Of a DNA stretch of 13,189 nucleotides, positions 8,328 through 13,189 are shown piece after piece. Made by a program: the position numbers and the translations under genes. The notes beneath the pieces were generated by a model, which saw nothing but the letters and a program-made list of their open reading frames with translations, did no database searches and was not told the origin of the DNA. Each line of letters starts with the position of its first letter. Positions within the stretch are counted from its first letter, which is position 1. This DNA is from Fibrobacteria bacterium (GTDB lineage Bacteria > Fibrobacterota > Fibrobacteria > UBA11236), in NCBI GenBank assembly GCA_041746255.1, contig JBGTHM010000038.1, positions 1-13,189 on the forward strand. The letters are read 5' to 3'.

Positions 8328-9188
8328 GTGGCGACCATCAAGGAATTACGGGGGCGAATCCGCTCCCTTAAAAATACCAGCAAGATAACCTCGGCCATGA
8401 AAATGGTATCCGCGGCCAAGCTGAAAAAGGCCCAGGATGCGCACAGCCGCACCGCGCCCTATTTTCAGAAATTGCAGGAAATGATAGGGCGCGTAGCGGC
8501 TTCTTTGGATGAAATAAACCACCCCTTGTTGGAAGATAGAGGGGAAGGCAAAATTCGTTATAGTCTAATCTCCTCCGACCGAGGCTTGTGCGGCAGCTTC
8601 AACAACGGACTTTTCAAATATTTCCAGCGCGAAATTAAGCAGGAACAATATGACCTTATCGCCCTGGGACGCAGAGCGAAAGAATTTTCCACCCGTTACC
8701 AACTGCCCCGCGTAATCGGCAGCGAGTCCATGTTGAATATTCCCACTCTGGCCAACGCTTCCGAAATTGCGCAAAGCTTGATAACCGATTTCGTAACCCA
8801 CAAGGTCGACCGTGTCGTACTCGTTTACAACCGCTTCAATTCGGTTATCAGCCAGACACCCATCAGGGTTCCCCTGCTTCCGGTATCACAAGATGCCTCA
8901 GTGGAAAAAGTACTGGAGGGACCCCGGTTGGATTATATATTCGAGCCCGATGGTTCGAAGCTGATCGAAACTTTGCTACCCAAACTTGTTGTCATGCAGG
9001 TTTATCGCGCCCTTCTTGAAAATGCCGTCGGCGAACATGGCGCACGAATGACGGCAATGGACAGCGCCACCAACAACACCAAAGATTTAATCGGCAGTCT
9101 GACTCTTACCATGAATCGAGCCCGTCAGGCCGCTATCACCAAAGAACTTATCGAAATCGTATCCGGAGCGGAATCCCTGCACGGTTGA
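8328..9188 (+). CDS. atpG: FoF1 ATP synthase subunit gamma
   Basis: KITSAMKMVSAAK, SDRGLCGSFN, EHGARMTAMDSATNN, NRARQAAITKELIEIVSGA. GTG start after GAGG. Confidence 0.99.
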   Translation: MATIKELRGRIRSLKNTSKITSAMKMVSAAKLKKAQDAHSRTAPYFQKLQEMIGRVAASLDEINHPLLEDRGEGKIRYSLISSDRGLCGSFNNGLFKYFQREIKQEQYDLIALGRRAKEFSTRYQLPRVIGSESMLNIPTLANASEIAQSLITDFVTHKVDRVVLVYNRFNSVISQTPIRVPLLPVSQDASVEKVLEGPRLDYIFEPDGSKLIETLLPKLVVMQVYRALLENAVGEHGARMTAMDSATNNTKDLIGSLTLTMNRARQAAITKELIEIVSGAESLHG

Positions 9189-10640
<1,452 letters not shown>

Positions 10641-10651
10641 GAGAAAATAAA

Positions 10652-10897
10652 ATGCATCTGAAAATTCTTTCTCCTGAAAAGACTCTATTCGACGGCGAAG
10701 CGCATAGCGCCGCTTTTCCAGGTACGTTGGGAACCTTTCAGGTTTTGCAAGGTCACGCCCCCATCCTTTCTTCGCTGGTGGAAGGAAAAGTCGTGATTCG
10801 CACTCAGGATAGGGAGTTAAGTATCCCCATCTCCGGTGGGTTTTTCGAGTTCAGCCATAACCAGGGAGTGGTTTTAGCCGATTCACCCCCAGTCTGA
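10652..10897 (+). CDS. atpC: FoF1 ATP synthase subunit epsilon (N-terminal beta-sandwich only, ~81 aa)
   Basis: LKILSPE, PGTLGTFQVLQGHAPILSSL..G, ISGGFFE, VLAD, then a stop four residues later. ATG 10652; an alternative TTG is at 10637. Confidence 0.95.
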   Translation: MHLKILSPEKTLFDGEAHSAAFPGTLGTFQVLQGHAPILSSLVEGKVVIRTQDRELSIPISGGFFEFSHNQGVVLADSPPV

Positions 10898-10951
10898 TTT
10901 TTGTACCTTGGATTCCGGATCCGCATTGGAATTCGCAACCCGGGGCACTCC

Positions 10952-11920
10952 ATGGAAATCGAAAAAATACCCTCCTTATACCGGCAGTTTGAGCAGGAAG
11001 TCGGCAAGGTCATTATCGGGCAAAGGGAAACCTTACGTCACATGACCATCGGCCTTTTGTGCCGAGCCCACGTGCTTTTAATTGGAGCTCCCGGTTTGGC
11101 GAAAACCTCCATGGTCAATGCCTTCGCCCAAGCCCTCAACCTCAATACCGATCGGATTCAATTCACTCCGGACTTAATGCCGTCCGATATTCTCGGCACG
11201 GAAATCCTCCAAGAAAATCGCACCACGGGCGAACGCGAATTACGTTTTTTGAAAGGTCCGGTATTCACAAATATCCTCTTGGCGGATGAAATAAATCGTA
11301 CGCCACCCAAGACCCAAGCCGCATTGCTGCAAGCCATGCAGGAAAAAATCATCACCGTTTTCGGCCGAACCGAGAAGCTGGATGAACCTTTCATGGTGCT
11401 GGCCACGCAAAATCCTATCGAACAGGAAGGAACATATCCGCTTCCCGAGGCGCAGCTTGATCGCTTTTTGTTTTCCCTGTACCTGCAATATCCCAGCTAT
11501 GACGAGGAACTGGCTATCGCCCGTAAACACACGGTCAAGTTGAGTGAAAAAATCGTTCCGGTTCTACATAAGGAAATGATTTTGGAGCTGCAAGACCAGG
11601 TACTGGAAATGTCGGTTTCAGAGCATATTTTTGAATATGCGGTAAAATTGGTGCGAGCTACGCGACCCGTACCTGCCAACCCGGATAAACACATTCAAGA
11701 ATATGTGAAATGGGGAGCGGGACCACGTGCCGTCCAGTTTCTCATCCTGGCCTCAAAAGCCGCGGCCCTTCTGGAAGGAAGACCTACACCCATCGAGAAA
11801 GACGTGGCCCAAATCGTTAAAACCACTTTACAGCACCGATTGCAATTGAATTTCCAGGCAGAAGCCGAAAATGTTTCCGTGGATTCGGTGCTGACCCATT
11901 TGCTGAAAACACATCAGTAA
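10952..11920 (+). CDS. moxR: MoxR-family AAA+ ATPase (MoxR proper subfamily)
   Basis: Walker A GAPGLAKT, RIQFTPDLMPSDILG, Walker B LLADEINRTPPKTQ, ATQNPIEQEGTYPLPEAQLDRF, GAGPRA. ATG 10952 is the likely start. Confidence 0.95.
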   Translation: MEIEKIPSLYRQFEQEVGKVIIGQRETLRHMTIGLLCRAHVLLIGAPGLAKTSMVNAFAQALNLNTDRIQFTPDLMPSDILGTEILQENRTTGERELRFLKGPVFTNILLADEINRTPPKTQAALLQAMQEKIITVFGRTEKLDEPFMVLATQNPIEQEGTYPLPEAQLDRFLFSLYLQYPSYDEELAIARKHTVKLSEKIVPVLHKEMILELQDQVLEMSVSEHIFEYAVKLVRATRPVPANPDKHIQEYVKWGAGPRAVQFLILASKAAALLEGRPTPIEKDVAQIVKTTLQHRLQLNFQAEAENVSVDSVLTHLLKTHQ

Positions 11921-12190
11921 AAACCCGGTTGATGAGACAGGGATAACCTACTTTCCGCTTGGTATAAACAAGGGATAACCAACAAGAACCTACTTAGCGC
12001 AAAGCGAGCTCTGATTCGCATGCAACCCAAAAGTTCTTCTCTCACATACCTCTATACGAGCCGCTTATATCCACTTTCGGTCAGTCAAAGTGAGATGGGA
12101 TGCCATACCCCCATTTTCATCTATGCGGAGCCTTATTTAAGGTTAAATGGAGGGGTGAATTATAACCGTAATCCCGGAGATTCTGTGAAA

Positions 12191-12275
12191 CCTTAATTTC
12201 AACTCAAGGTAAGATTCCTAATAATTCAGAATATATCTTTAATAAGTATTAGGAATAGTGTGGTTGAAATTTAGG
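12191..12275. repeat. Long imperfect inverted repeat
   Basis: CCTTAATTTCAAC (12191-12203) / GTTGAAATTTAGG (12263-12275) pair at 12/13; ATTCCTAATA (12214-12223) / TATTAGGAAT (12247-12256) pair at 10/10. Confidence 0.9.
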
Positions 12276-12547
12276 AAAAGGGGTATTTAAAAAAGCATAA
12301 GTACTTTTAAAATAATGGGTTATAACAATTTCGTTAAAGTGGGTAGGATGTTGAATATCCGGAAATTTATCCCTGATGAGGTCTGTGGAAAAGAGTGGAA
12401 AATGAGTTTTCCCTATCACTCACCATTTTTTCCGCATTTGGACCTTAAAAAGTCGAAAATTCCCAAAAAATGAAGAAATGGCCACTAAATTCTCGGAGTT
12501 AGATAACTTTTCAACAAATTATGGAATAAATGTTGAAAAAGAATAGG

Positions 12548-12556
12548 TGTTAAAAT
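12548..12556 (+). promoter_or_regulatory. Candidate extended -10 promoter for the lipoprotein gene
   Basis: TG-T-TAAAAT. No convincing -35, and the AT-rich context makes chance matches likely. Confidence 0.3.
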
Positions 12557-12640
12557 AAAGCCACAATTTCCTTCATTTCAGGCCATTTTAGCCCAAAGGA
12601 AGCCTATTTGCAATTTAATGTGAAAAAGAAAAACAAGGTT

Positions 12641-13081
12641 ATGGATGGGTACCTACTCCGTGCTCTAATTTTAGGGATAATTCTTTTTATATGGGGATGC
12701 CGAGAGGCTGAGGAAAAGCGGGTGTATTTTTCCAATCTTGTGGATGGAGCGAAGGTTCACAGTCCCTTCCGATTGAAAATGAATTCGGAAAACCTGGTGA
12801 TAGATTCAGCCAATAAGGGAATGGATAAAGGACACGGGTATTTTCAGTTGTTTATAGAGCCCGCGGAAGCCATCTTACACCCCCAGGCATCGGAATTCCG
12901 GCTAAACTTCTTCGAGGGTCAAAGAGAAGCGATTGTGAACTTACCCAAAGGGGAACATTTTCTCACCCTTTTATTCGTACAAGGAAATCATGTATCCGTA
13001 AATCCTCCCATTTTTCAAAAAATCCGGATAAATGTGGTGGCGGAAAATAATTGCAAAATCCGGTTCATGGTGACCGGCTAA
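12641..13081 (+). CDS. DUF4399-like lipoprotein (divergent; last ~9 codons IS-derived)
   Basis: Hydrophobic signal with lipobox-like IWGC; VYFSNLVDGAKVHSPF, GQREAIVNLPKGEHFLTL..GNH..P..IRINV resembles DUF4399. Start ATG 12641 is preferred over TTG 12608. Confidence 0.75.
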   Translation: MDGYLLRALILGIILFIWGCREAEEKRVYFSNLVDGAKVHSPFRLKMNSENLVIDSANKGMDKGHGYFQLFIEPAEAILHPQASEFRLNFFEGQREAIVNLPKGEHFLTLLFVQGNHVSVNPPIFQKIRINVVAENNCKIRFMVTG

Positions 13082-13189
13082 TCCGATTCAAAGTGACCGG
13101 CCGATCCGGTTCAAGATGACCGGTTCGGACGATTGACCCGAGGGTGAAAATCCGGTTCAAAGTGACCGGTTTTCGTCCTTCTCAATCCA
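13052..13189. mobile_element. Terminal region of an IS21-family insertion sequence (partial; continues beyond window)
   Basis: Begins with TG (TGCAAAATCCGGTTCA...) and carries four 20-bp direct repeats ATCCG(G/A)TTCAnnnTGACCGG at 13058, 13081, 13104 and 13150. Multiple sub-terminal repeats are characteristic of IS21 ends. No istA/istB sequence is visible in the window. Confidence 0.8.

Larger units (their letters stand above)
11935..12630. other. Candidate chromosomal replication origin (oriC)
   Basis: Non-coding, with ~25% GC over 12191-12340. Matches to TTWTNCACA (either strand): perfect at 12384-12392 and 12619-12627; 1 mismatch at 12394-12402, 12428-12436, 12508-12516 and 12531-12539; weaker GGATAA-core copies at 11938, 11970 and 12367. 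DnaA-trio-like run at 12241-12258. Linked to parABS, rsmG and atp. Confidence 0.6.

Noticed and set aside
10910..10934. Terminator between atpC and moxR
   Set aside because: Only a weak G-U-rich stem (GGATTCCGG/TTGGAATTC) with no U-tract.
12020..12196. 58-aa + strand ORF (MQPKSSSLTYLYTSRL...) in the intergenic region
   Set aside because: No SD and no recognisable motif or hydrophobic segment; chance ORF length. Cannot be fully excluded without Ribo-seq.
11935..12630. Dam/SeqA-controlled E. coli-type origin
   Set aside because: No GATC enrichment is seen in the region.
13058..13169. CRISPR array
   Set aside because: Repeats are 20 bp, imperfect and separated by only 3 bp (one 26-bp gap). 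No cas genes are present, and the pattern fits IS21 terminal repeats.

Overview
Chromosomal origin-proximal housekeeping region of a ~50% GC Gram-negative bacterium. The ATP synthase features suggest the FCB superphylum (Chlorobi/Ignavibacteria/Fibrobacterota-like); this is inference. Order on the + strand: two tandem parS sites (87-142), rsmG-parA-parB, membrane-anchored M23 endopeptidase, bactofilin, atpZ, an internal sigma70-like promoter, a complete contiguous F1Fo operon atpI-B-E-F-H-A-G-D-C (epsilon lacks its C-terminal domain), and a MoxR AAA+ ATPase with no adjacent partner gene. Next comes a ~700 bp non-coding region that looks like a replication origin not adjacent to dnaA: a ~25% GC core, DnaA-box-like 9-mers on both sides, a DnaA-trio-like run, and an 85-bp imperfect palindrome. 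The window ends with a divergent DUF4399-like lipoprotein whose 3' end is hit by the terminal repeat array of an IS21-family insertion sequence. The most notable observations are the apparently two-fold symmetric candidate oriC and the coupling of a ParABS / M23-bactofilin module to the ATP synthase genes.
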